Shown here piece by piece: positions 28,317 to 38,409 of a DNA stretch of 64,000 bases. A program made the position numbers and the translations under genes. Each line of letters begins with the position of its first letter. Within the stretch, counting starts at the first letter, position 1. The DNA is from Bacteroidia bacterium (GTDB lineage Bacteria; Bacteroidota; Bacteroidia; NS11-12g; UBA9320). The notes under the pieces were generated by a model, which was not told where the DNA came from, searched no databases, and saw only the letters and a list, made by a program, of their open reading frames with translations. The DNA lies in assembly GCA_965655315.1 (NCBI GenBank), contig CBFHGJ010000009.1, positions 26,008 to 90,007 of the forward strand, in the 5' to 3' direction.

Positions 28317-29756
28317 CTAGCTTTTTGGTGTGTCAGCTAATATTGCTTTTAAAAATTTCCAAAACTTAGCAGTAGAAGCAATACCACATCGTTCATCTGG
28401 GCTATGTGCTCCTTTTATCGTAGGACCGAAACTAATCATATCTAATCCTAGGATACGCTCTCCTAGAAGTCCGCATTCTAATCCTGCGTGGATAGCCATA
28501 ACTTTTGGCTCTTCATCGAAAAGTGATTTATACTTGGCTACTAGGACATCTAAAATAGCTGACTTTGGGTTTGGATTCCAACCTGGATAAGAACCACCGT
28601 GTTCTACCTCACAACCCATAAGGTGGAAAGGTGCGGCCACTGTGTAAGCAACATCATACTTTCCGCTTTCTGAAGAACTTCTTTGTAAACTCTGAGTTTT
28701 GAAAGCCCCATCTTTGATTATAACTCTGGCCAACGAAGAAGAAGTTTCTACCAACCCTTCAATGGTTCTACTATATCGAAATACACCATTGTGACAGGCG
28801 TACAGTGCTTGAGTCACTTTTTTTGAGTCGCTAGTACTCATAGCTGTAGAAGCAGATGCAGCTGATTCAATTCTAATTTCTAAATCACTGTCTTGTACCA
28901 GATATTCTTCTTTTATGTCCTTAGCAAGATTTAAAACGTGATTTAAGTAATCTTCAGTAGCAGTAACTACTGCAAAGCTTTCTCGTGGTATTGCATTTCT
29001 TAAACTACCTCCATTTACCTCCACTATCTGCAGGTTGTATTGCTCCGCTTTATACATCAAGCGATTCATAATCTTGTTTGCATTTCCCAGTTCTTCATTG
29101 ATCTGAACTCCAGAATGTCCTCCATTAAGTCCTTTTACTGATATGCTATAGGTGTTTGAATTAGCAGGAACATCTACACTTTCATAGTCATACGTCGTAT
29201 TTGTGTCTATACCTCCAGCACAACCTATACTGAATTCATCATCATCTTCCGTGTCTAGATTAAGAAGTATAGTCCCATTTAATATACCCATTTCGAGATT
29301 CATCGCACCTGTCATACCAGTCTCTTCGTCTATAGTGAAAAGTGCTTCTATTGCTGGATGAGGTAAATCTGTAGAACTTAATACAGCCATAATAGAAGCT
29401 ACTCCCATACCATTATCTGCACCTAATGTAGTCCCATTTGCTCTCACCCAGTCCCCATCCACGTACATTTCGATACCCTGAGTACTAAAATCAAAATTAG
29501 TGTCCGAATTCTTTTGATGTACCATATCTAGGTGACTCTGAATAATAACAGTTTGTCTATCCTCCATACCTGGTGTGGCTGGTTTTCTAATTATCACATT
29601 GCCAACAGAATCGGTATAAGTCTCTAAATTCAAACTTGCACCAAAATCCTGCATAAAGGCAATAACTTTTTCCTCTTTTTTACTAGGTCTTGGCACTGCA
29701 TTCAAATCAGCAAAATGATTCCATACTGATTTTGGTTCTAGGTCACGTACTTTCAT
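28317..29756 (-). CDS. pepD: aminoacyl-histidine dipeptidase (Xaa-His dipeptidase, M20 family)
   Basis: 479 aa; LEPKSVWNHFADLNAVPRPS...SVGNVIIRK N-terminus and M20 metal-binding His/Asp/Glu pattern (HLDMV, DNGMG, EETG). Confidence 0.85.
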   Translation of the reverse strand: MKVRDLEPKSVWNHFADLNAVPRPSKKEEKVIAFMQDFGASLNLETYTDSVGNVIIRKPATPGMEDRQTVIIQSHLDMVHQKNSDTNFDFSTQGIEMYVDGDWVRANGTTLGADNGMGVASIMAVLSSTDLPHPAIEALFTIDEETGMTGAMNLEMGILNGTILLNLDTEDDDEFSIGCAGGIDTNTTYDYESVDVPANSNTYSISVKGLNGGHSGVQINEELGNANKIMNRLMYKAEQYNLQIVEVNGGSLRNAIPRESFAVVTATEDYLNHVLNLAKDIKEEYLVQDSDLEIRIESAASASTAMSTSDSKKVTQALYACHNGVFRYSRTIEGLVETSSSLARVIIKDGAFKTQSLQRSSSESGKYDVAYTVAAPFHLMGCEVEHGGSYPGWNPNPKSAILDVLVAKYKSLFDEEPKVMAIHAGLECGLLGERILGLDMISFGPTIKGAHSPDERCGIASTAKFWKFLKAILADTPKS

Positions 29757-29856
29757 AGGGCGAAGGTAATAAGAGTACGTTGTTTATCCATCTAAATAGC
29801 AGATTAGTAGCAGTAAGAAAAATGAATTCGTTAAAAAAGCGAACTTTGACCTAGAA

Positions 29857-30477
29857 ATGAGTTTAAACCTTATTCTTTTGATCAGTATAGGAGCAGTCAG
29901 TTATATCAGTTTTTCAAATGCAGAAATGTTTAGAAAGCTGTTATTTAATCCTTATACAATTATTAGAGAAAAACAGTGGTATCGATTTATCTCTAGTGCA
30001 TGGTTACACGGAGATATGATGCATCTTTTTGTAAACCTTTATGTCTTATACAGTTTTGGGAATTACTTAGAAATGGTTACTACAACCTGGTTTGGTGGGG
30101 CAGGATCATTCTATTATTTATTCCTTTTTGTTGGATCGGTAATCATTGGTCATATTCCATCCTACATCAAACATAAAGATAATTACTCCTTTTCTTCTGT
30201 AGGAGCGTCAGGTGGAGTCTCCGGTATTTTGTTCGCTTGTATCCTAGTAAGTCCATTGATGCAATTGAGACTATTCTTTGCTATTCCTATTAACAGTCTA
30301 ATTTTCGGTGTTTTATATCTGGTATATACCTGGTATATGTCTAAAAAAGGAGGTGATAATATCAATCACGATGCACACTTATGGGGTGCACTTGGAGGTA
30401 TGATTTTATTGATAGCAATAAAACCCGTTGTACTAACTAATTTCTTCAGTCAGCTGCTTAATTTTTTGCCAGGTTAG
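29857..30477 (+). CDS. rhomboid-family intramembrane serine protease
   Basis: 206 aa, 6 TM; GxSG motif (GASGGVSGILFA) and catalytic His in AHLWGALGG. Confidence 0.8.
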   Translation: MSLNLILLISIGAVSYISFSNAEMFRKLLFNPYTIIREKQWYRFISSAWLHGDMMHLFVNLYVLYSFGNYLEMVTTTWFGGAGSFYYLFLFVGSVIIGHIPSYIKHKDNYSFSSVGASGGVSGILFACILVSPLMQLRLFFAIPINSLIFGVLYLVYTWYMSKKGGDNINHDAHLWGALGGMILLIAIKPVVLTNFFSQLLNFLPG

Positions 30478-30608
30478 ACTTTTTTGAAGGCGTGAACCGC
30501 ATCAATATCTAACTCAATGTGCCCATCTTTTTGAACGTCAAAGTTTCGGATAAACTGAGCATTTGGCTCTATCTCGTCTGCAGTATATGAAAATCAGATT
30601 CTAATATT

Positions 30609-31391
30609 TTAACCAAAAGTTTCATCGTATCCTTTTAGTAAAATTAGAAACTCTGCTTTTCGCTTTTTTAAATCATCAAGACTATATGAATTTAATGGAC
30701 TGTCTTCCCCAATAGGATGAACAATAGTCCAACTCAATGGAAAGAAAGTAATGTTATTCGTTTCGAAATCTAGATTGTAGAATCTTCTGACAACTTGCTC
30801 ACTTTCATCAGTGTCTAATACTAGTAATAGTCGAGCTTCCATTTCCATAAGAACATTAGGCCTTCGATTTACTACTCTAAACATAAATGCTTCTCCGCCT
30901 TGATAAGGTGAAATTAGAGCATTGTCACTATATACAAGTCTTGCATTTGGCTAACTAAATCGTGTATAGATGACACCCGTAGCTACTGCGAAAAACATCC
31001 AGCCAAGCATAACCTGCATTCCAGAAACAAAATTGGTAGCTTGATCTAGCGGAAAAATACTACCAAACCCAACGGTAGTAAAAGTTTGCATGCTAAAGAA
31101 GAGTGTTTTTAGAAAGGGAGATAAATCAGAAGGATTACCTGCAAAACTTAGATGTTCTGTTCCTAGACTAAGATAAATCAAGGCAAAAAGAACATTAATC
31201 ACTAAATAAGCCCCTAATACCCATAGTAGAAATCCACCCATGGGCATAGTTATAACAGTTTGAAAGCTTTGAATACGAACTCCTTTTCGGCTTACATTAA
31301 AGCTACCATCCTTATTAATAAACCTTTGAGGGTCATGGTCGTATTTTTTACTTAACCCTAAGTCAAACTGATTCTTTCTGTTTCCAGACAA
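30609..31391 (-). pseudogene. KirBac-type inward-rectifier potassium channel interrupted by one in-frame TAG
   Basis: ORFs 30951-31391 (slide helix, TM1, pore helix, filter TTVGFG, TM2) and 30609-30884 (Kir cytoplasmic domain) are in the same frame; the 66 nt between them are open; the sole interruption is TAG (forward CTA 30951-30953) at ...IYTRFS*PNARLVY..., i.e. within the conserved RFSRP-type post-TM2 segment. Confidence 0.65.
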
Positions 31392-31437
31392 GGCTTGTCA
31401 ATTTAAAGATATCCTTTTCAACTAAGGATAGAATAGA

Positions 31438-31815
31438 TTAAAATGGTAAGTCTCCTTCATCATCACTACTGAAAGAAATCCCAGTGATATCACTGTCATC
31501 ACTCGTGTTTGCAGCGGATGAATTGGCGGCTGAAGGAGATGAAGAACCTTCGATTCTCCAAGCTTTGATATCTGTATACCAGCGTGAGTTATATTCTCTA
31601 CTTTCTATATTTATTGATACCTTGAGCTGATCGTTTGGTTGATATTTCTGTATTTCATCAGCCTTTTCATTCCAACAACTCACACATATTTTTTTAGGAT
31701 ATTGATCCGCAGTTTCTAAGATAAAATCCTGTTTCTTCCAAGCACCTCTTGTACTTACACCTTCCTGAACAGGTAGTACCTGCACTAGTTTTCCTTCGAT
31801 TACTAAATTGTCCAT
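31438..31815 (-). CDS. DUF3127-family protein
   Basis: 125 aa; N-terminal MDNLVIEGKLVQVLPVQEGVSTRGAWKKQDFILETADQYPKKICVSCWNEK pattern typical of Bacteroidota DUF3127; Ser/Asp-rich tail. Confidence 0.55.
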   Translation of the reverse strand: MDNLVIEGKLVQVLPVQEGVSTRGAWKKQDFILETADQYPKKICVSCWNEKADEIQKYQPNDQLKVSINIESREYNSRWYTDIKAWRIEGSSSPSAANSSAANTSDDSDITGISFSSDDEGDLPF

Positions 31816-31896
31816 TTTACTTGGTGCAAGTTTAAGTACTTATGTAAGTTTCTAACGTATTTGGATACGAAGATTTTTTAAACAATTTTTGATGCC

Positions 31897-32547
31897 TTGG
31901 AAGTTCTAAAAGCTTTTCTAGTAGCACTAGTCTTTAGTTTCTTAGGTTCAGTTTTTCTGGGGCTTGTAAATGTAGCAGTTATAGAAACTGCAATACGTAA
32001 ATCTAAAAAATCTGCATTGTGGTTAGCTTTTGGTGGTGTTCTTCCAGAAATACCATATACTCTTATTGCCATTTTTGGAACTCAGTATGTGGATATACTT
32101 GAGGGGTATAAAAGCCAAATTGGGATTGCAATAGGAATTGTATTTCTAGTCTTGGGCATTGGATATTTCAAGTCAAAGAGCAATGTAGAGACTGGGAAGC
32201 CAATAGAAACTACTGCCATAAAAAACTTTTCAAAAGGGTTTCTTTTGGCAATAGCGAACCCTCAACTTATCTTTTTCTGGTCTGGATATTTAATTTTATT
32301 TCAAACAGGCACTTTTTCTGGTGGTGAACCTTTTTTTAAATTCTCAATGGGTATAAGTGATTCAGTAAAATGGAGTTTCGCTGCTGGAGCAGTAGCGGGA
32401 GCTTACTTAATACTCTGGATATATGCAATGCTAGGTTCGATTTATAAACAGAAGTTAATTAATGTTATAGGAGATAGATTAGGCAAAGTAATTGGGATAG
32501 TCTTTATAGGTGTCGGTATATTTACGGTTATAAAAAATGCGATTTAA
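31897..32547 (+). CDS. LysE/RhtB-family amino-acid efflux transporter
   Basis: 216 aa (TTG start), 6 TM; N-terminal LysE-type segment …GPVNVAVIETAIRKS…. Confidence 0.55.
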   Translation: MEVLKAFLVALVFSFLGSVFLGLVNVAVIETAIRKSKKSALWLAFGGVLPEIPYTLIAIFGTQYVDILEGYKSQIGIAIGIVFLVLGIGYFKSKSNVETGKPIETTAIKNFSKGFLLAIANPQLIFFWSGYLILFQTGTFSGGEPFFKFSMGISDSVKWSFAAGAVAGAYLILWIYAMLGSIYKQKLINVIGDRLGKVIGIVFIGVGIFTVIKNAI

Positions 32548-33489
32548 ATCATTTCCTGTCCTTGTATTGATTTTAACTATTTCAACTCTTTGTAAGGCAC
32601 AGCTCCCCGCCAAAAAGTTTAAATGGAAACATTTAGGTCCCTTTGAAATGGCTCCTAGTAATGTAGACACTGGAAAGTGGACGGCTGTAGGGCAGGGTTG
32701 GATAGAAGATGTTCTAATCACAGATAAAAAGTGGTTTGCAGGAAGTATTACAGGTGGTTTATACTCGAGTAAGAATGAAGGACGAAAATGGAAGAAAGTT
32801 GATACCGACAGTATTCAAATGGGATCATTATGTTTACTCCAAATAGAAGATACTATCTACAGGGGCACTGGAGTTACCCATTACGGAGAGAGATTTGGAT
32901 TTGGGCTATATTGATCTACTGATTTCGGTAAATCTTGGGAAACTACTGGTTTGACCTTTAATGCAAAAGAGTCTAAGGTAATAAGGGATGTAGAAAATTC
33001 TTCGGACGGAAATACTTTGATGGCTTGTACAGATGAAGAGGTTTTTTAAGCTTGGATGATAGTAGAGCTTGGGAGTCAGTATTATTTAAAGAGAAAGGTA
33101 GTTTTAGAAAGATTCTGTTTCATGAAAATAATCCCCTAGAGGTTTGGCTGGCAGGAAGTGAACTCTATCATAGCTTAAATGGAGGGAAAACTTGGGAAGA
33201 TGTAACCCCACAAATTACGCAAGACTTAAAGGAACGCGAAAAGAAGCTAAGCCGTATTGATATTGCCCAAGATTTAGTTAATGCTAATCGACTTCTGGTG
33301 TTTTATGGACTCAGAAATGGAAGTTGTGTATTAGAGTCGCTAGACGGAGGAAAATCTTGGAGTCAGATACTTTGGGATCTTGACATTAGACGGGCTGATA
33401 TCCATCTCTTCGGCTTTTACATAATCACCTATGGCGAATGCATTTCTGGCTATCTGAATGCTATAAGATGTTTTTTGTTTAGAATTTGA
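32537..33489 (+). pseudogene. BNR/Asp-box repeat protein (sialidase/Ycf48-like beta-propeller) disrupted by in-frame TGA and a frameshift; 3' part missing
   Basis: Signal peptide + Asp-box motifs SxDxGxTW (SKNEGRKWKKV, STDFGKSWETT, SLNGGKTWEDV, SLDGGKSWSQI). In-frame TGA at 32912-32914 sits between GFGLY and STDFGKSW in the same frame. The frame changes at the T6 run 33042-33047. The body ends prematurely at 33489. Confidence 0.6.
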
Positions 33490-33594
33490 GGTCACACTCA
33501 TTTCCGGTAATTGAGCCATACTTGCTAAGGTTGTTAGCAGTATAATCAAGAATAAAAAGGAATGTTTATTCATTATTGGGGTAAAATTCGACAA
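33340..33594 (-). CDS. hypothetical small secreted protein or N-terminal remnant of a truncated gene
   Basis: 84-aa ORF with good signal peptide (MNKHSFLFLIILLTTLASMAQ) directly downstream of the HI0933 gene; overlaps the 3' end of the decayed BNR gene on the other strand. Confidence 0.3.
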   Translation of the reverse strand: MSNFTPIMNKHSFLFLIILLTTLASMAQLPEMSVTSNSKQKTSYSIQIARNAFAIGDYVKAEEMDISPSNVKIPKYLTPRFSSV

Positions 33595-33605
33595 TATATT
33601 TCAAA

Positions 33606-34829
33606 CTACTGAGATTGTGTGTTTGCTATAGAATTTGCAATAACATAAGACTCACTCCATGCTGCTTGAAAATTAAAACCACCGGTGATTCCATCAATAT
33701 TGAGTACTTCACCAGCAGCGTAAAGATTTGGATGAGTATTTACAGCCATAGAACTAGAGTCGACCTGAGTCAAATCAATACCTCCTGCAGTAACAAACTC
33801 TTCTTTAAACGTGCTCTTGCCTTCTATTCTCACATCAAAATGACACAATAGATTTACAAGTTTGTTAATTCCTTTTTTTCCAACCTCAGACCAATTTGTA
33901 AACTCACGTAAGTTGCTTTGTTCAAAAATTGAATGCCATAGTCTTTTTGGTAGTCCGTGATCTTTCCAAGCTAATACTTTGCTTTTAGGGTTATCAGTGG
34001 TATTTGATTTCAATTTTTGTCTTAATTCTTCTTCATTGTAGTTATTCCAATTGATCAAAAAATTAAAACTGTAGTCCAAATCAGATAATTCTCTAGCATA
34101 CCAAGCACTTAGACGAAGTACGCTTGGTGCACTATAACCCCAGTGGGTTATGAGTAAGGGTCCAGTTTCTCTGGCCTCTTTAATCTGGTTTATTCTAACT
34201 GAAGCATTCGGTACACTAACACCGGCTAGTTTTTTTTGTGGGTGTTCTTTAGCATTGAAGGTAAATAGGGAAGGGACTGGGTCTACAATCTCTATACCTG
34301 CTTGTTGCAGCAGTTTGTATATTTTAGGATTACTGCCTGTACAAAGTATCAATATGTCAGCTGGAACTAAAGCGTTATTAATCGTTAATTCCCATCCAGA
34401 ATCAGAAAAGCTTATGTTGCTTAATCTATGGCTGGTCTTCAGTTCTACATTATTTTTTCTTGCTAGAAGAGTTAAACAATCATATATAGATTTTGAAGAA
34501 TTACTTGCGGGGAAGACTCTTCCATCAGATTCAGTTTTAGTTGGAACACCCCTCTGATCAAACCATTTTCGGGTATCATCAGAGTTAAATTGCTCAAAAA
34601 CAGGTTTAAGAAATGATCTACCTCTTGGATAATGCTCAATTAGCTTCTTTGGTACAGAAATTTTATTAGTGACATTGCATCTGCCACCTCCGGATACCAG
34701 CACCTTCGTTAAGACTTTATTGCTACCCTCATATATGGTAATATCAGCTTCGGGAAGACGTTCAGCAATGTTAATAGCAGAAAAAAAACCTGCAGCTCCT
34801 CCACCTATTACTGCAACTGCAAGTCCCAT
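33606..34829 (-). CDS. HI0933/YhiN-family NAD(FAD)-utilizing flavoprotein
   Basis: 407 aa; Rossmann GxGxxG (VIGGGAAGFFSA) and conserved SGGGRCNVTN motif. Confidence 0.8.
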   Translation of the reverse strand: MGLAVAVIGGGAAGFFSAINIAERLPEADITIYEGSNKVLTKVLVSGGGRCNVTNKISVPKKLIEHYPRGRSFLKPVFEQFNSDDTRKWFDQRGVPTKTESDGRVFPASNSSKSIYDCLTLLARKNNVELKTSHRLSNISFSDSGWELTINNALVPADILILCTGSNPKIYKLLQQAGIEIVDPVPSLFTFNAKEHPQKKLAGVSVPNASVRINQIKEARETGPLLITHWGYSAPSVLRLSAWYARELSDLDYSFNFLINWNNYNEEELRQKLKSNTTDNPKSKVLAWKDHGLPKRLWHSIFEQSNLREFTNWSEVGKKGINKLVNLLCHFDVRIEGKSTFKEEFVTAGGIDLTQVDSSSMAVNTHPNLYAAGEVLNIDGITGGFNFQAAWSESYVIANSIANTQSQ

Positions 34830-35683
34830 TAGTCGTATAGTTGAAAAAACTCTATAGTTTCAGTTATTGCTTCAGCAAATACCTTAGGAATCTTTCTTTC
34901 AGTGAGAGGATGTGAAGTATTGAATGTATGGTTAGCTCCTTCTATTTCTAGTAGTATGGCGTGAGGCACATCTTCATAAATGGTATGTGTATCGTCTATA
35001 GGTACAACATTATCTTTATCACCGTGGACTATAAGTAATGGAGCTTCAATTTTTTCAAGGTTCTTATCTAAATTTAATACTGAGGCATGATTGGCGTATG
35101 CTTCGACAAATTGAAAATAAATAGGCATATTTTGATTTGTTCTGCCATTTTTTATGAAATGTACTCCAGCTTCTTTCCATTCACTAAAGTTCTTCATTTC
35201 AATATACCTCTCCAAGTTGCTTACGCTAGCCCAAGTTGCACATTTGGAAATTCTCTCATCTTGAGCCGTTTTCAGAAGGGTTATTGCCCCACCTCGACTA
35301 TGACCTATGAGACATATATCGCCATTCCAGTCAAAATCAAAACTTGGTGCTTTTCGACTAATGAAATCTATAACACTCCCTAGATCGTCTAATTCTTTTT
35401 TGAAATTGTTGTTCCCAAAAGACTCTAAATCAACGAACTCTGATAAGTTTTCAGGGGATGTACCGTTGTGAGAGAAATTAAACTTGAAGAAAGGTAAACC
35501 TTTGACCGCAAATATTTCAGCAGCTAATGGCCAGGCTCCCCAGTCTTTGAAACCCTTAAATCCGTGAGCAAAAACTACTATAGGAACCTCATCTTGATAC
35601 TTAGTATAAGTGAGATCTGCAGTGATGAGTTTTTTATCGCTGCCTTTAAACTTATACTCCTTTTTCTGAATAGGAGAATTCAA
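34829..35683 (-). CDS. alpha/beta-fold hydrolase (esterase/lipase-like)
   Basis: 284 aa; PIVVFAHGFKG oxyanion region; nucleophile elbow LIGHSRGG; catalytic His near C-terminus (HGDKDNVV…HTF). Confidence 0.7.
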   Translation of the reverse strand: MNSPIQKKEYKFKGSDKKLITADLTYTKYQDEVPIVVFAHGFKGFKDWGAWPLAAEIFAVKGLPFFKFNFSHNGTSPENLSEFVDLESFGNNNFKKELDDLGSVIDFISRKAPSFDFDWNGDICLIGHSRGGAITLLKTAQDERISKCATWASVSNLERYIEMKNFSEWKEAGVHFIKNGRTNQNMPIYFQFVEAYANHASVLNLDKNLEKIEAPLLIVHGDKDNVVPIDDTHTIYEDVPHAILLEIEGANHTFNTSHPLTERKIPKVFAEAITETIEFFQLYD

Positions 35684-35687
35684 AAGT

Positions 35688-36548
35688 CTATTTAAGCTTA
35701 TTGAAGGTATCTAAAGCATCAAATTTCTTTGCTTCGTCACCTACTCTGATAATATCTATATCCATATAAATAGGACTTCTAGGTCTGTTTGATCCTGTCT
35801 TATTTACATCTGCGATAGCAGTCACAACGTCTTGACCAGATACTAGGTATCCGAAAACGTTGTAATTCCCATCTAAATGTGGGGTAGGAACGTGAGTTAT
35901 AAAAAATTGGCTTCCATTTGTGTTTGGACCCGCATTTGCCATTGAGAATGTTCCAGCTTTGCTGTGACCAAGATCAGGATGAATTTCATTTTTAAACTTG
36001 TAGCCAGGACCTCCAGAACCATTTCCTGCAGGATCTCCACCTTGAATCATAAAGTTAGGAATTACTCTATGAAAAGTAAGGCTATCATAATACTCAGCTC
36101 CATCTGATTTTACTTTATTTGGCATACTACCTTCGGCTAGTCCCACAAAGTTTGCTACGGTAAGGGGTGCTTTCTCATATTCAAGCTTTCCAACTATATC
36201 GCCTTTAGAAGTTTTGATGTATGCATATATGCCGTCCTCCTTTAAATCTGGGTACTTCTGTAGAACACGCACCAACTCAATTGCTCCAGTTTCTTCAGAT
36301 TTTTTAATCTCTACCTGATATATGTATCCAGCTTCGTGAGTAAATCCATTGATTGCAGTATTCATGGTTTCCCATTCATCTCCAAGTTTTTGAGTTTTTT
36401 GCACTTGAAGACAGGTGGCAGGGTCAGATTCAGAACACACTACCTTTTCACTGTTAATCCATAGGGTGTTATCATCACTTTTACCCGATTTAAGTACACT
36501 GCAGCTAGCTAATAATATTGCTATCGCTAAAATTCCTGTAAATTTCAT
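35688..36548 (-). CDS. cyclophilin-type peptidyl-prolyl cis-trans isomerase, lipoprotein with N-terminal extra domain
   Basis: 286 aa; lipobox LLASCSV; cyclophilin core FHRVIPNFMIQGGDP…GS…FFIT. Confidence 0.8.
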   Translation of the reverse strand: MKFTGILAIAILLASCSVLKSGKSDDNTLWINSEKVVCSESDPATCLQVQKTQKLGDEWETMNTAINGFTHEAGYIYQVEIKKSEETGAIELVRVLQKYPDLKEDGIYAYIKTSKGDIVGKLEYEKAPLTVANFVGLAEGSMPNKVKSDGAEYYDSLTFHRVIPNFMIQGGDPAGNGSGGPGYKFKNEIHPDLGHSKAGTFSMANAGPNTNGSQFFITHVPTPHLDGNYNVFGYLVSGQDVVTAIADVNKTGSNRPRSPIYMDIDIIRVGDEAKKFDALDTFNKLK

Positions 36549-36633
36549 GGTTGCAAAGGTAAAATTTGCTTTAAGAGTACGAACCTAAAGTTTACCTTTC
36601 TTCTTCATTTTTTTATAATCTTGCAGGACCTTT

Positions 36634-38220
36634 ATGAGCCTAGAGCAAGAAATAGCAGCACGGAAGACTTTCGGAATAATTTCTCACCCTGATGCAGGTA
36701 AAACAACTTTAACAGAGAAACTACTTCTCTTTGGGGGTGCTATACAGACCGCGGGTGCTGTAAAAAGCAATAAGATTAAGAAAACTGCTACTTCCGATTT
36801 TATGGAAATAGAGAAGCAGCGTGGAATATCTGTAGCTACTTCTGTAATGAGTTTTAACTATAAAGGCAAAAAAATCAACATACTAGATACACCTGGTCAC
36901 AAAGACTTTGCCGAGGACACCTATAGAACCCTTACTGCAGTAGATAGTGTTATCCTCGTTGTAGATATAGCTAAAGGTGTAGAGGAACAGACACGTAAGC
37001 TGATGCAGGTATGTAGAATGAGAAACACACCGGTTATCATTTTTGTGAACAAAATGGATCGAGAAGGACAGGAACCTTTTGATATCTTAGAAGAACTGGA
37101 AGAAGAGCTGCAAATTAGCACTCGTCCGCTTAGTTGGCCAATCAATATGGGTTCACGTTTTAAAGGTGTCTACTTATTGCACGATAACTCTTTGAACCTA
37201 TTTGAAGCTGAAAAGACAAAGAAAGCTGATGATGTGGTAACTATCGAAAATCTTGAGGATGCCAAACTAGATGAACTAGTAGGTGAGTCTGATGCGAATC
37301 AACTCAGAGGAGATGTAGAGCTTATAAATGGAGTTATGGAACCATTTGACAAAGAGCTTTACGAAGAAGGTCTTTTAGCACCCGTTTTTTTCGGATCTGC
37401 TTTAAACAACTTTGGGGTAAAGGAAATGCTCGATACGTTCGTAGAAATAGCTCCAAGCCCAAGACCTCGACCCACAGATGTCCGTGACATTCAACCGTTA
37501 GAAAAGAAAATGACTGGTTTCATTTTCAAGATTCACGCCAATTTAGACCCAAATCATAGAGATAGAATTGCATTTCTACGAGTTTGTTCTGGAACATTTG
37601 AGAGAAATACATTTTATATCCATCCAAGAACAGGTAAAAAGATGCGTTTTAGTAATCCTTACACCTTTTTAGCTGATAGTAAAGAAGTTACTCAGTTTGC
37701 ATATCCTGGCGATGTTGTAGGATTGTACGATACTGGAAACTTCAAAATTGGTGATGGATTGACGGAAGGTGAAAAGCTAGTATTCAAAGGCATTCCTAGT
37801 TTCTCTCCTGAGCTATTCAGAGAAGTAGTAAATCTTGATCCTATGAAAAGCAAACAACTTGAAAAAGGCTTGAACCAGTTGACGGATGAAGGGGTTGCTC
37901 AATTATTTACTCAGCAACCAGGAAATAGGAAGATTATAGGGGTAGTAGGAGAGCTTCAGTTTGAAGTGATTCAATATCGATTGGAACAAGAATATAATGC
38001 TAAGGCACGGTTTGATATGGTAAATTATCATAAAGCTTGCTGGATGACCGGACCAGAGGATAAGATTGGCGAGTTTATTAAGTATCGTCCTCAGGACATT
38101 GTTAAGGATAAAGATGAAAACTTGGTATTCTTAGCTCAAACAGCTTACGTTCTTCAAATGGCAAAGAGTAACAATCCTGATTTAGAATTTCACGAAACTA
38201 GTGAGTTTAAGGTAGGATAA
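36634..38220 (+). CDS. prfC: peptide chain release factor 3 (GTPase)
   Basis: 528 aa; [25 protein letters not shown] (G1), DTPGHKDF (G3), NKMDR (G4) and RF3-specific C-terminal domains. Confidence 0.92.
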   Translation: MSLEQEIAARKTFGIISHPDAGKTTLTEKLLLFGGAIQTAGAVKSNKIKKTATSDFMEIEKQRGISVATSVMSFNYKGKKINILDTPGHKDFAEDTYRTLTAVDSVILVVDIAKGVEEQTRKLMQVCRMRNTPVIIFVNKMDREGQEPFDILEELEEELQISTRPLSWPINMGSRFKGVYLLHDNSLNLFEAEKTKKADDVVTIENLEDAKLDELVGESDANQLRGDVELINGVMEPFDKELYEEGLLAPVFFGSALNNFGVKEMLDTFVEIAPSPRPRPTDVRDIQPLEKKMTGFIFKIHANLDPNHRDRIAFLRVCSGTFERNTFYIHPRTGKKMRFSNPYTFLADSKEVTQFAYPGDVVGLYDTGNFKIGDGLTEGEKLVFKGIPSFSPELFREVVNLDPMKSKQLEKGLNQLTDEGVAQLFTQQPGNRKIIGVVGELQFEVIQYRLEQEYNAKARFDMVNYHKACWMTGPEDKIGEFIKYRPQDIVKDKDENLVFLAQTAYVLQMAKSNNPDLEFHETSEFKVG

Positions 38221-38254
38221 ACGACCTAATCTTACTTAAAAAGTAGTTCTTTTG

Positions 38255-38328
38255 TGCACTCGAGAGGATTCGAACCCCTAACCCTCGGAGCCGAAATCCG
38301 ATATTCTATCCAGTTGAACTACGAGTGC
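38255..38328 (-). tRNA. tRNA-Arg (anticodon TCG)
   Basis: Reverse complement GCACTCGTAGTTCAACTGGATAGAATATCGGATTTCGGCTCCGAGGGTTAGGGGTTCGAATCCTCTCGAGTGCA: perfect 7-bp acceptor, anticodon stem TCGGA/TCCGA, loop TTTCGGC. Confidence 0.85.
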
Positions 38329-38409
38329 AATTAGACGGCAAATATAATTGTCTCTATCCATTTGCATTTCTTTTAGGTTTGATATTTATATTCTATTTTT
38401 ACGCCCTAT

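Noticed and set aside
30609-31391. Treating the two Kir ORFs as separate genes
   Set aside because: Same frame, open linker, and together they reconstitute one canonical KirBac architecture. Annotated as a single interrupted gene.
21938-32914. Alternative genetic code (UGA or UAG reassigned) as explanation for the in-frame stops
   Set aside because: The prfB frameshift site uses UGA as a functional stop. Well-supported genes terminate at TAG (ddl, M16 peptidase) and TGA. Standard code 11 fits everywhere else.
33490-33600. Inverted duplication of a signal-peptide-coding segment (both the BNR gene and the minus-strand ORF 33340-33594 have signal peptides ending AQLP)
   Set aside because: The nucleotide sequences are not similar. 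The shared AQLP is the common Bacteroidota signal-peptidase motif.
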